Assembly: GCA_903850885.1 (NCBI GenBank)
Contig: CAINMU010000037.1
Location: forward strand, 1,110 to 65,109
From: an uncultured Opitutia bacterium
Lineage (GTDB): Bacteria > Verrucomicrobiota > Verrucomicrobiia > Opitutales > UBA953
DNA length: 64,000 nt
Direction: 5' to 3'
The notes under the pieces were generated by a model. That model made no database searches, had not been told where the DNA came from, and was given only the letters and a program-made list of their open reading frames with translations. Positions 1 through 8,563 of the stretch are shown one piece after another. Numbering within the stretch: the stretch's first letter is position 1; every line of letters begins with the position of its first letter. The translations under genes and the position numbers were made by a program.

Positions 1-2
1 TT

Positions 3-557
3 AATACCAATACCAAGCGCCCAGGCGGCGGGGACAAGCCGGTGACGGAACCCAAGCGCCTGTCGGCGGTGGGTAAGAATATTTTTTCCCGATACGACGC
101 TAATTTCCGAGCCGGGAAATTGGGCGCATGGCTGGATATTTTGCGTAAAGAAAAGGCTTATGACGCCTTGGTAGTCTTTACCGATTTCGATGATTATGGC
201 CTGACGCAAATCCGCATCAAGGGCGTCAAAGTCGAGAAGGGCATGAAGCCTTCGCCTTTGGTGGTCTTCTCCGATGATGCTAATTATGGCGTGGGTCGGG
301 GTATCGATAACCGCAAGCCGGATGAAAAAGAATGGGAGAAGGAATGGATCACGACTTTTACGGGAGCCAAGACTGGCGCGACCCCCAAGCTCTATGTTTT
401 TTCGACCAAAAAGAAGCCGGGGGATTTCTTGACGGAATGCGTCAAGGCCTCGGGCGGCGAAGTCGTCATGCTGACCGGCATCGCTACGGGTACGCCTACG
501 GCCGTTCCCGCCAAAGCGGCGGTCGTTCCGGGCATGACAGTCAAGCCCATCCGCTGA
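3..557 (+). CDS. vWA-like hypothetical protein, C-terminal part; the 5' end lies outside the window; paralog of 668..1753
   Basis: The frame is open from nt 3 to the window edge, with no stop before the GTG at 42. The C-terminal half aligns by eye with the next gene: GKLGAWLDILRKEKAYDALVVFTDFDD vs GSLGAWLDRLQVEPYDALVVFSDFQD, and PKLYVFSTKKKPGDFLTECVKASGGEV vs PRLYLFSLQQEPQEILRRCVEASGGAS. Confidence 0.6.
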   Translation, partial: NTNTKRPGGGDKPVTEPKRLSAVGKNIFSRYDANFRAGKLGAWLDILRKEKAYDALVVFTDFDDYGLTQIRIKGVKVEKGMKPSPLVVFSDDANYGVGRGIDNRKPDEKEWEKEWITTFTGAKTGATPKLYVFSTKKKPGDFLTECVKASGGEVVMLTGIATGTPTAVPAKAAVVPGMTVKPIR

Positions 558-667
558 TTGGATTCTCAGCGTAAGGGGTTTCACTGAGACGAATGCTCGA
601 TTTCGTTCTGAGGGATGATTGACGAGACTGTGCCTTGAGGCGGCCAGCAGCTTGTTAGTCTGGTTGC

Positions 668-1753
668 ATGTCATCTTCCGCGCCCATGCTGGTATCGCGT
701 CCGCGTGCCCGTTCTTGGCGCAGCTTGTTGATTTCACTGCTGGTGCACGGGTTACTCGTTATCATGGCCTGTTGGATCGTATTTCGGCAGCCTGGAAAAG
801 TGCGGAAGCGGAAGCCGTCGCCGGCGTTTGTCGTGGCGGGCGGGGGCGGTGCGCCAGCCTTTTCTCAGCACGCCGTCCAGCGGCCCCCGCTTAAATTAAA
901 GGCCATCACGCAAAGGATTTCAGTTAAGGATAAGTCTGCGATGGCGATCATGCCCAAGTTGAGCCTGCCCAGTATGCTCGATGGATTAAGCCGGAGCCAA
1001 AAACTCGGCCAAGCGGGCGCCGGAACAGGGGCAGGGAAAGGCTTTGGGGGCGGCAAGGGGGTCGGCTCTGGGCTGGGCGCTCAAAACGGGTTTATGGCGA
1101 AGCCTGTGATGGGCGCGATGATCAAGGCTCAGCGGGTAGCGGTTTACTTGGATTGCTCTGGCTCGATGAAGCCCTACCTGGAGCGAGTGGCCGGCGAGAT
1201 TCGAAAGCAATTTCCGGATGCTGATGTCTTTCGATTCGATGGAGCCCGAATCGTGGCCCTCGGTGAAGTCATTGTTTACGGACGGAGCTTTCATGGGGTA
1301 GCGCCGCATCTTCGGGAAGGTCCGACCCAGACGGAATTACCGACCTTGACTCCTGCGGGAAAGGCTTTGCAGGCTAAAATAAAGGTGCCGTGTGAAAAGG
1401 GCTCGTTGGGCGCATGGCTCGATCGCTTACAAGTCGAACCTTATGACGCCCTCGTGGTGTTTTCAGATTTCCAAGATGGAGTTAGGATTTACCATGAATT
1501 GCCTAAGCACGGGTCGAAGCTGATCTACTCGGATAGTTCGTATCATAAGGTCAATGGCCCGCGGCGGCCCTCTTATCGCTGGGAAAAGGCTTGGGTGGAT
1601 GCGTTTACCCAGGGGGCCCGCGGGGGCTCCCCTCGGTTATACCTGTTTAGTTTGCAACAAGAGCCGCAGGAGATCTTGCGGCGGTGCGTCGAAGCTTCTG
1701 GTGGGGCCAGCATCTCGGTGGCTTGGTTGCGTAAGGCCAAGGTGGCGCGTTGA
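668..1753 (+). CDS. membrane-anchored vWA-like protein (N-terminal TM helix, Gly-rich linker, MIDAS-like DCSGS motif)
   Basis: 361-aa ORF. It has one N-terminal hydrophobic helix (WRSLLISLLVHGLLVIMACWIV) and a Gly-rich stretch (GAGTGAGKGFGGGKGVGSGLG). VAVYLDCSGSM matches the vWA DxSxS MIDAS pattern, and ALVVFSDFQDG resembles the vWA beta-4 'TDG' motif. Confidence 0.6.
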   Translation: MSSSAPMLVSRPRARSWRSLLISLLVHGLLVIMACWIVFRQPGKVRKRKPSPAFVVAGGGGAPAFSQHAVQRPPLKLKAITQRISVKDKSAMAIMPKLSLPSMLDGLSRSQKLGQAGAGTGAGKGFGGGKGVGSGLGAQNGFMAKPVMGAMIKAQRVAVYLDCSGSMKPYLERVAGEIRKQFPDADVFRFDGARIVALGEVIVYGRSFHGVAPHLREGPTQTELPTLTPAGKALQAKIKVPCEKGSLGAWLDRLQVEPYDALVVFSDFQDGVRIYHELPKHGSKLIYSDSSYHKVNGPRRPSYRWEKAWVDAFTQGARGGSPRLYLFSLQQEPQEILRRCVEASGGASISVAWLRKAKVAR

Positions 1754-1799
1754 GCGCCTTGGCGGTTGCACCCTTGGGGGCTTTGGCTTGGATAAGGAC

Positions 1800-2219
1800 A
1801 TGGCCCCATTTACGGCAGAACATCGTGCCCAATTTTCCGATACGGATGCCGCTGGCATCGTCCACTTCTCGACGATATTTTTTTGGGTCGAAGCCACGGA
1901 GGAAGCATTGTTCCGTCACCTGAAATTACCCTTCCTGAAGACGGAGGGGAATAAGCTGTCAGGCTTTCCGCGGGTTCGGGTGGAGTGTGATTACCTTTCA
2001 CCAGTCCATCGTGAAGAGGTCGTGACGGTATCCCTGACCCCCGGAGAGATTGGCGATAAGAAAATCGTCTGGGCCTTTGAGGCTCAGGTCGGTGCTCGCG
2101 CTGTTGCCAAGGGTATCCTGACGACCGTCTATGCCTGGCGGGAAGGGCAGGGGCCGATGGCCGCCGCGCTGGTTCCTCTGGAAATTAAGACGACGCTGCA
2201 GAAGCATTTCGGAGTTTGA
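1800..2219 (+). CDS. acyl-CoA thioesterase, 4HBT/YbgC-like hotdog fold
   Basis: Internal ATG at 1800 lies in frame with track ORF 1554..2219, just after the stop of the upstream gene. N-terminus MAPFTAEHRAQFSDTDAAGIVHFSTIFFWVEATEEALF matches the 4-hydroxybenzoyl-CoA thioesterase family pattern (D.D..G.V.). Confidence 0.7.
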   Translation: MAPFTAEHRAQFSDTDAAGIVHFSTIFFWVEATEEALFRHLKLPFLKTEGNKLSGFPRVRVECDYLSPVHREEVVTVSLTPGEIGDKKIVWAFEAQVGARAVAKGILTTVYAWREGQGPMAAALVPLEIKTTLQKHFGV

Positions 2220-2222
2220 ATC

Positions 2223-2858
2223 ATGGAAGAAGGCACCCCTAAGCGGCCGCTGGTGTTGCTCGGGTTGATGGTAGCCAGCTTCCTGTTGTTCTCAGCGCTT
2301 GGCGTTCAGCCGCCTTATTTTTCTTCTTGGCTATCGCATCCGTCATCGCTGAACCCGCCGCCGCTCCATGCCGACGAAGCGGTGCAGTGGTCGCTGGCGA
2401 AGGAAATGTCCGAAGGGGTGCCTTATAGCTCGAACAACGACCGTTTTCATGGGCCGACCTTGGCGGGATCGTTGATGGTGGCTTCGAAAGCTACGGGAAC
2501 CGCTTTCACGGACATGTCTGAGTCCTATCTGCGTAACGTCACGGGCTGCTACTTGGCGTTGCTTTCTTTGGCCGCCCTGGCTCTTCCGGGGGTTAGTCAG
2601 ATGTCACGTGTCACGGCGGCGGTTTTTTGTTTCGCGGTCGGGGGTGGCGCCCCGTTTGGATTTTATTATGTGCAGGAGGTGTTGCTTGTGACGGGGCTTG
2701 CCTGGGGGGTGGTCCTGTGGTTGCGTTCGGAAGCCTCGGAACGGAAGATGATGTGGCGGCTACTTTCAGGCGTGGCCTTCGGGTTTGCGTTGGCCTGCAA
2801 GGTCACCGCCGCGGCCTACCTATTGTTGTTTTTCATCGCCCCTGATGATCATCCGTAA
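2223..2858 (+). CDS. polytopic membrane protein, GT-C / TIGR03663 (Agl23)-like, N-terminal segment; possibly the first half of a frameshifted gene
   Basis: Multiple hydrophobic helices. Motifs LHADEAVQW and RFHGPTLAG resemble the conserved HxDE and HGP motifs of the TIGR03663/ArnT-like family, recalled from memory. The ORF stops at 2856-2858 while the hydrophobic protein continues in the +1 frame. Confidence 0.5.
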   Translation: MEEGTPKRPLVLLGLMVASFLLFSALGVQPPYFSSWLSHPSSLNPPPLHADEAVQWSLAKEMSEGVPYSSNNDRFHGPTLAGSLMVASKATGTAFTDMSESYLRNVTGCYLALLSLAALALPGVSQMSRVTAAVFCFAVGGGAPFGFYYVQEVLLVTGLAWGVVLWLRSEASERKMMWRLLSGVAFGFALACKVTAAAYLLLFFIAPDDHP

Positions 2859-3651
2859 AACCTGGGCCGACCGCCTCCTGTTTGCCTTTATTGCCGGACT
2901 TGTCGCGTCTTGGGCTTTCTTTCAGAGCGTCGCCTTCACGGATGTCCATGGCTTGGCGACATGGTGGAGTCAGCTAGCCCGCTCGCTCGGAGTGGCCAGC
3001 GGCCATTCGGAGGACACGCTAACCGCCTTGAGCTACTGGCCTTGGCTTTGGGCAGCCTTATGGCTGGGTGAATTCTCAACGTATCGATTACTGGGCCAGC
3101 GTTTTATCCCGTTCCGTTCTGGTTCTTTTGACTTCGCCTTGGTTTTTGTCGGCCTGCTCTTCGGCTTTCATCTTCTACTGCCCTATAAGACTCCCTGGCT
3201 ACTCTACGGCGTGATGGCGCTGCCTTTAATCCTGGTTCTTCCGTATCATCTCAGCGGCGGTTGGCGACGCGATGGGCTGCTGTTACTCGGCTTGCTTATC
3301 TCGGCTGGTATCGCGGCCGGAGATTTTGCTTCGCATTCGCCGACGGCCGATCTGCGGGCTTTCGAGGCGAGTACGGCCCGGCTCAAGAACGCCTACAAGG
3401 GTGGACCGTTTTATATCGCCATCGAGGACGGTCACTATTGGCCGCTCCCGTATTACTTACGACATTATCAAGTCGGCTACGGTAATTTCCCGGCCGCCGC
3501 TGCGGCTCCGCTTCGCTTGATTTTGGCCCATGATACAAGTGAGCCCAAGGTGGCTGGTTATGCCGTCCAGCGGCTGACTCTGCGCAAAGATGGTACTGAG
3601 TATTGGGTGTTAGTTGCCAAGGAGTACGAAAGCGTTTTTAATCGGCCCTAA
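2845..3651 (+). CDS. polytopic membrane protein, continuation of the GT-C/TIGR03663-like protein (C-terminal segment)
   Basis: ATG at 2845 (MIIRKTWADRLLFAFIAGLV...) overlaps the upstream stop by 14 nt. The frame is open from 2785. Several TM helices are followed by a soluble C-terminal region. Confidence 0.5.
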   Translation: MIIRKTWADRLLFAFIAGLVASWAFFQSVAFTDVHGLATWWSQLARSLGVASGHSEDTLTALSYWPWLWAALWLGEFSTYRLLGQRFIPFRSGSFDFALVFVGLLFGFHLLLPYKTPWLLYGVMALPLILVLPYHLSGGWRRDGLLLLGLLISAGIAAGDFASHSPTADLRAFEASTARLKNAYKGGPFYIAIEDGHYWPLPYYLRHYQVGYGNFPAAAAAPLRLILAHDTSEPKVAGYAVQRLTLRKDGTEYWVLVAKEYESVFNRP

Positions 3652-3655
3652 CCCT

Positions 3656-4570
3656 ATGAGCGCCGGCCCTACGATTCACAATTTTTCCCACGACGCGCTG
3701 CAGTGTCGCTTCTGGATCCGTATCGCGGATGAAGATGCGGTCTACGCGCGGAATGCCGCCGAGGCGATCTTTCAGCTGCTGGATGACTTGGATTTCCAGA
3801 CGGACTTAAGGCACGACAGCGGGCCGGTTGCTTCCATTAACGCTATGCCAGAGGAAGCCATGGTGGCCGCCTCAGATCATATCCGGGCGCTTTGGGGTTT
3901 TGGTGAAACGATGGGCGAGGAGTCGGCCGGAGCTTTCAATGTCACCGCCGGGAATCTTTTCAAATACTGGAGTAAGCGTGGCGAGCTCCCATTCAACCAA
4001 GACGACGCCGAATGGGGACAGGTCGTCAACGCAACCCGCGACGGCAAATTTAAACTCGAAGGCTGTGAGCTGACGTGCGTCAAGGCCGGCGCGGCGGTCG
4101 ACTTCGGTGCCATCACCCGGGGGTATGCCTTGGACCGGATGGCCGACATGCTGGAAAGCAATTGGGGTATTCATCGTGCCTTACTCATGGCTTCCGGGAG
4201 TGTCACGCTCGCCCTCGATCCGCCAGGCGATAGTTCAGGCTGGAGAATCGGCGTCGGCCCGCGTTCCGAGATTAAACTCTGCCGTTTTGCTTTTGCCAGT
4301 AAGTCCACGCTGGATCGGCACGGAAACTTGGTCGATCCCCGCACCGGCTTGGCGGTTCAATTAAGTTCGCCGGTGAGAGCGATCGCGAATTCAGCCATGG
4401 AGGCCGAGGGATTGGCGATGGCCGCCGCGGTGTTGAGTGGAGCGGAGCTGGAGGAGTTGCTGAATCGCGGATGCAGCCGAGGTGCCTGGCTACCCGATGA
4501 CTCTCGCTTAGGTTCGATCACTTATTTCGAAGTGACGGATCGTCCAGAAAATCAAGAGCCTACTGCTTAA
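3656..4570 (+). CDS. apbE: ApbE-family FAD:protein FMN transferase-like protein
   Basis: ITRGYALDRMADML, HGNLVDPRTGLAV and AIANSAMEAEGLAMAAAVL resemble ApbE motifs (KGYAvD, H.idPrTG, aD.lsTa). The start is set to the ATG at 3656, after the upstream stop at 3651. Confidence 0.55.
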   Translation: MSAGPTIHNFSHDALQCRFWIRIADEDAVYARNAAEAIFQLLDDLDFQTDLRHDSGPVASINAMPEEAMVAASDHIRALWGFGETMGEESAGAFNVTAGNLFKYWSKRGELPFNQDDAEWGQVVNATRDGKFKLEGCELTCVKAGAAVDFGAITRGYALDRMADMLESNWGIHRALLMASGSVTLALDPPGDSSGWRIGVGPRSEIKLCRFAFASKSTLDRHGNLVDPRTGLAVQLSSPVRAIANSAMEAEGLAMAAAVLSGAELEELLNRGCSRGAWLPDDSRLGSITYFEVTDRPENQEPTA

Positions 4571-6308
4571 GCATCGCTTCGATGTCTTTGAGCAGTTCGG
4601 TCCGGTTCGAAGAATACAGATAGCTGTCCGAGCCTAGGCGCCGCAGGGCGACCTCGAGCAAATCCTTGGGTGGACGCCGGGTACTCATGAGGCGCCGTAG
4701 ATAGACTTCAAGGTCGTTGGAGATACGCGGATTGGCGATTTTGAAGCGGACAATCTGCATCAACACAGCCTGGTTGCTTTCATTGAGCAAATGGGCCTGA
4801 ATCAAGACATTATTAGCTTCTTCGAAGTGTTGCGCTGCAATCAGTTTGCGGCTGGCGGAGACCAAGAGCTGGGGCGGAATGTTTTTATTCGTCATCAACT
4901 TCTGCAAGTTAATCGAGCCGATTTCTGGTTGATTGTCGTTGAAGTAGGCGATGGTACGGAGGGCTTCGAAGGCGATCAACGTTTCGGGTACCCATTGTTC
5001 GCGTTCGGCCCGCTTATAAAGATCATCGACAATGAGGATCGTTTCCCGGGCGCGCCCGGCGTTGATGAGGCACTCGACGTGGACAAGCGTGAAGCGGATG
5101 CGATTAGGAAAGCGTTGTTCTTCCGCTATTTTCATCATGCGCTCAGTCAGGAGGGGGTCGATGGTGTCATTGCCGTAGCGGCTGAGGTCGAGCATCGCTT
5201 GTTCTTCCTTGGAGAACCTCGCGATGACTCGGGCAATCAATTCTTCGCGCTTCTTTTTTAATCCTTCGCCGGGCAGGAGGTATAGCGTCTGAATGACAGG
5301 GGCGAATTTAGTCGGATCATTGATCGAGAGGAGATCGAGGCAGTCTCTGGCGCCGTCCAGATTGCCCGATTCTTTCAGCCAGCGGGCTTTCATTTCCAGC
5401 AAGCGGTTAGCGGAGGGATAGGAACGCAGGGCCGAGTTCAGGAGTTCTAAGGCGGCATTATGATCCCCGTTTTCCCATATCACCTGACAGTTGAGTAGAT
5501 AGCCTTCGGCGGTGCGGTCTAACCGATTTAAGCGAATAAGATTAAGGGTCTCGGAGTAATCTCCGCGCAGGAAGTTCGCTTGGGCTTGGGCGATGAACAG
5601 GTCGTTGCGGATGTTTTCATCCAAGCGGGGGTCCTTGCCGTATTTAATAGCACAATCGATGATGCGTTTGTCCTGGTCGAACATGAAGCACCGGTAAAGG
5701 TAGATCCGGAAATGTTCGCGGCTTTGCTTGGCGAAATCGAGGGAGTCTTCAAGTAACTGGTAAGCGTCCAGCGGGCGGCCAAAAGCGAAGAATAAATCCG
5801 CGCACATTCTTTGCGCTTCCAGGTTAGTCGGCGTCATGCTGGCGCCTGTCCCAATGTATTTAGCGAACTCCGCGTAATCCTGACGCTCGAGGGCAGCCTT
5901 GGCGATGAGCACGTAATATTCTCCTTTGCGTCGGAGGTGAGCGTCCTTGCCGTAGTCATCGATACGGCTGGCCAACTTGGCGCGCTCATCAATTTTAATC
6001 TGAGCCTTTGACTTGAAGAAATTACGGCAACGTTCGGTGATCGTATCCGGGTAGTAAAGGTACATGTCGGCCCGGCGGGTGGTCGCGATGCCGCTCATGT
6101 ATTTCTGACTGAAGTAGTAGGTTTCGGAGGAGACTACCCAAAGCGCTAAGAGAAAAAAGGGTAAGAGCAGGAAGAACCTTCCCCAGGCGATGCGATATTT
6201 ACGGCCTTTATAGCCGACTAAATCAACGATGATGAGGCCCAGGAACAGGCGACTGCTTGAGCGCGACTGCTGGTTCTGTCCGTAGACGTAGTGTGGGTCG
6301 GCCGCCAT
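4560..6308 (-). CDS. TPR-repeat protein with an N-terminal transmembrane anchor
   Basis: Start taken at MAADPHYVYG (ATG at 6308), because the track's 5' extension overlaps the upstream gene. TM segment FFLLLPFFLLALWVVSS is followed by about 500 aa of helical, TPR-like repeats. Confidence 0.6.
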   Translation of the reverse strand: MAADPHYVYGQNQQSRSSSRLFLGLIIVDLVGYKGRKYRIAWGRFFLLLPFFLLALWVVSSETYYFSQKYMSGIATTRRADMYLYYPDTITERCRNFFKSKAQIKIDERAKLASRIDDYGKDAHLRRKGEYYVLIAKAALERQDYAEFAKYIGTGASMTPTNLEAQRMCADLFFAFGRPLDAYQLLEDSLDFAKQSREHFRIYLYRCFMFDQDKRIIDCAIKYGKDPRLDENIRNDLFIAQAQANFLRGDYSETLNLIRLNRLDRTAEGYLLNCQVIWENGDHNAALELLNSALRSYPSANRLLEMKARWLKESGNLDGARDCLDLLSINDPTKFAPVIQTLYLLPGEGLKKKREELIARVIARFSKEEQAMLDLSRYGNDTIDPLLTERMMKIAEEQRFPNRIRFTLVHVECLINAGRARETILIVDDLYKRAEREQWVPETLIAFEALRTIAYFNDNQPEIGSINLQKLMTNKNIPPQLLVSASRKLIAAQHFEEANNVLIQAHLLNESNQAVLMQIVRFKIANPRISNDLEVYLRRLMSTRRPPKDLLEVALRRLGSDSYLYSSNRTELLKDIEAMLKQ

Positions 6309-6364
6309 GGTTCGGGTGATAATCTGGCGTCCAGTTTGACGGGCAAGAACGGATTGCTTTTGCC

Positions 6365-8380
6365 CTAAACGATGGCCGAGACTTCTTTGGCGCTCGCGAC
6401 GATGGGCTGGCAAACGGGTCCAATGCACACCTCGAACCCTTGAGATTCGGCGGTCGGCACGAGGGCGCAGGCCCGGAAGGGTCTTTCGTGAGCGGTCGTG
6501 AGGGGGTCGCCATTGAGGGCTTGCTGAAGGGTGTTCCAATCGGTCTTCGAGGGTGCCTTAATCGTGACCAGTCCAGTCGCCGCTCGCGTTAAGCCGTCAA
6601 GGGCATGGGCGACGCCATTCGGAACATTGCGACAGGTGCCGCCCAAAGCCTTGGTGAGCTGATTGAATTCATGAGCCCAAAGCGGTTCGCCTGTGCGCGC
6701 GTGAAGGGCGGAGAAACCGTGTAGCAAAGAGGAATTCCCCGCTGGCACAGCATTGTCGAACCAATCTTTTTGTCGCACAGAGAGGTCAGTCCGTTGGTTC
6801 GTCACGAGGTAGTAGCCCACGGCATGAGGGTCGCCGAAATCATCCATGGCCTTCCGCAGGATGGTTTCAGCTCTGGCTTGATAGGGCGAGGCGCTTGGGG
6901 GGGCACCCCACGCCGCATAGGCGGCAAGATTAAGTTCGGCTTCCGCCAGCCAGGCATAATCGGACAGATTAGCGGCCTGGGATGCGATGCTGCCGTGCGC
7001 CACTGAGAGCAAAGAAAAGCCAACGCTGCTCGTTTTAGCAAATTGATCCCAGAGAGACTTTTCGATCTCTACGGCTAAGTCGAACCAATCACCGCGGCCG
7101 AAGATCCATGCGGTTTTAGCGAGATGATTAACGAGGAGCGCGTTCCAACTTAACAGAGCTTTATCGTCCCGGGCCGGTTGCGGACGTTGTTGGCGCACTT
7201 GCAGTAGTTTGGCTCGGGCTTCCGCCAGGCGCTCTCTTTCGTTAAAATGCCCGCGGAGTTTCGGGATGTTGGATCCTTCGAAATTCCCTTGGTCGGTGAT
7301 GCCATAGGCTTGGGCGAACGGAAGCGCCTCCGGGCCCAGGCTTTCGGCGATTTCAGCCGACTTCCATAGGTAGGTCGTGCCTTCGTGGTGGCCCGTATCG
7401 GCGTCAAGTGAGGCCGCAAAGAGCCCGTTTGGCAGGCGCATGTCGCGTTCCAGCCAGGTCAGAATTTCTTCGCAGATTCTGGCATAAAGCGGGTTCCGAT
7501 AGCGAGCCCAGGCTTCGGCATAAAGCCCGAGCAACTGAGCGTTATCGTACAACATCTTCTCGAAGTGAGGCACGGTCCAATCACGATCCACGCAGTACCG
7601 GTGAAAGCCTCCCCCGATCTGATCGTACAAGCCGCCGCGGGCCATTGCTCCTAACGTCATCGTGATAACGGCATCGAGCCGGGTCGCCAGCGATCGGTCC
7701 GCGTCGGCCGCCGCTGTGGCCCTAATCGCCAGCAGGAAGCTGAGCGTGGAGGGCGAGGGAAATTTCGGCGCCGAACCGAAGCCGCCATAGGTATCATCAT
7801 GCTGTTCGCAGATCCGGCGGGCTGCGGAAATCAAATCTTCAGAAGAAGGGCTGCTCCCGTCGGCATCAGGTGCGCACGTGAGATGCGTCAGGTTTTGCGC
7901 GATGGCCTCGGCGTTGGCTGTCAGCTCAGGCTTATTTCGGTGATAAAAATCAGCGACTCGCATGAGCAGTTGCGGCCAGGGGACTTGGCCATGTCCGCGA
8001 TCTTCGGGTGGGAAATAAGTTCCCCCAAAAAAAGGCCGGCCGTCGGGCAGGCAGAAGCAATTCAACGGCCAGCCACCCTGGCCGTGCACCATTTGAACGG
8101 CGTCCATCATTAGCTTGTCGACTTCAGGGCGCTCTTCGCGGTCCACTTTGATGCAGATGAAATGTTGGTTCATCAGGGAGGCGCAATATTCCTGTTCAAA
8201 CGATTCGTGGGCCATGACGTGACACCAGTGGCAGGACGAGTAGCCTACCGAGACGAGGACGGGCTTATCTTGGGCACGGGCCTCCGCAAAGGCCTCCGGG
8301 CACCATGGCCACCAGTCTACGGGGTTATCTTTATGTTGGCGGAGGTAGAGGGAGCTCTCGTTGACCAGTCGATTAGGCAC
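6365..8380 (-). CDS. thioredoxin-domain protein, YyaL/DUF255 family (N-terminal Trx-like domain plus six-hairpin glycosidase-like domain)
   Basis: N-terminus [59 protein letters not shown] is the family signature. GTG start. Confidence 0.85.
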   Translation of the reverse strand: MPNRLVNESSLYLRQHKDNPVDWWPWCPEAFAEARAQDKPVLVSVGYSSCHWCHVMAHESFEQEYCASLMNQHFICIKVDREERPEVDKLMMDAVQMVHGQGGWPLNCFCLPDGRPFFGGTYFPPEDRGHGQVPWPQLLMRVADFYHRNKPELTANAEAIAQNLTHLTCAPDADGSSPSSEDLISAARRICEQHDDTYGGFGSAPKFPSPSTLSFLLAIRATAAADADRSLATRLDAVITMTLGAMARGGLYDQIGGGFHRYCVDRDWTVPHFEKMLYDNAQLLGLYAEAWARYRNPLYARICEEILTWLERDMRLPNGLFAASLDADTGHHEGTTYLWKSAEIAESLGPEALPFAQAYGITDQGNFEGSNIPKLRGHFNERERLAEARAKLLQVRQQRPQPARDDKALLSWNALLVNHLAKTAWIFGRGDWFDLAVEIEKSLWDQFAKTSSVGFSLLSVAHGSIASQAANLSDYAWLAEAELNLAAYAAWGAPPSASPYQARAETILRKAMDDFGDPHAVGYYLVTNQRTDLSVRQKDWFDNAVPAGNSSLLHGFSALHARTGEPLWAHEFNQLTKALGGTCRNVPNGVAHALDGLTRAATGLVTIKAPSKTDWNTLQQALNGDPLTTAHERPFRACALVPTAESQGFEVCIGPVCQPIVASAKEVSAIV

Positions 8381-8563
8381 GACAGCACCCTTGTGCTTCG
8401 GTGGCAGGGTGCAACAAAGACTCTTTATAACCCTTCGACTTGCAGGGAAGGGGTGATGGGATAAATCTCAGGGAATGTCTTTTGGCCACCCCGGCACCCT
8501 TCACGATTTAATCCAAGCTCCTGAGGCGTGCGTTTGGACCCCTTGCACTTAAGCGTCCGAGGC

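Noticed and set aside
6309-6539. 5' extensions of track ORFs that overlap upstream genes. Examples are 4560..6539, 20769..21968, 30628..31950, 54842..56050, 17283.., 28198.., 44322.., 45407.. and 50135...
   Set aside because: The extensions are Arg/Pro/Ser-rich and overlap well-supported neighbouring genes. Internal ATG/GTG codons placed right after the neighbour's stop give conserved N-termini or signal peptides.
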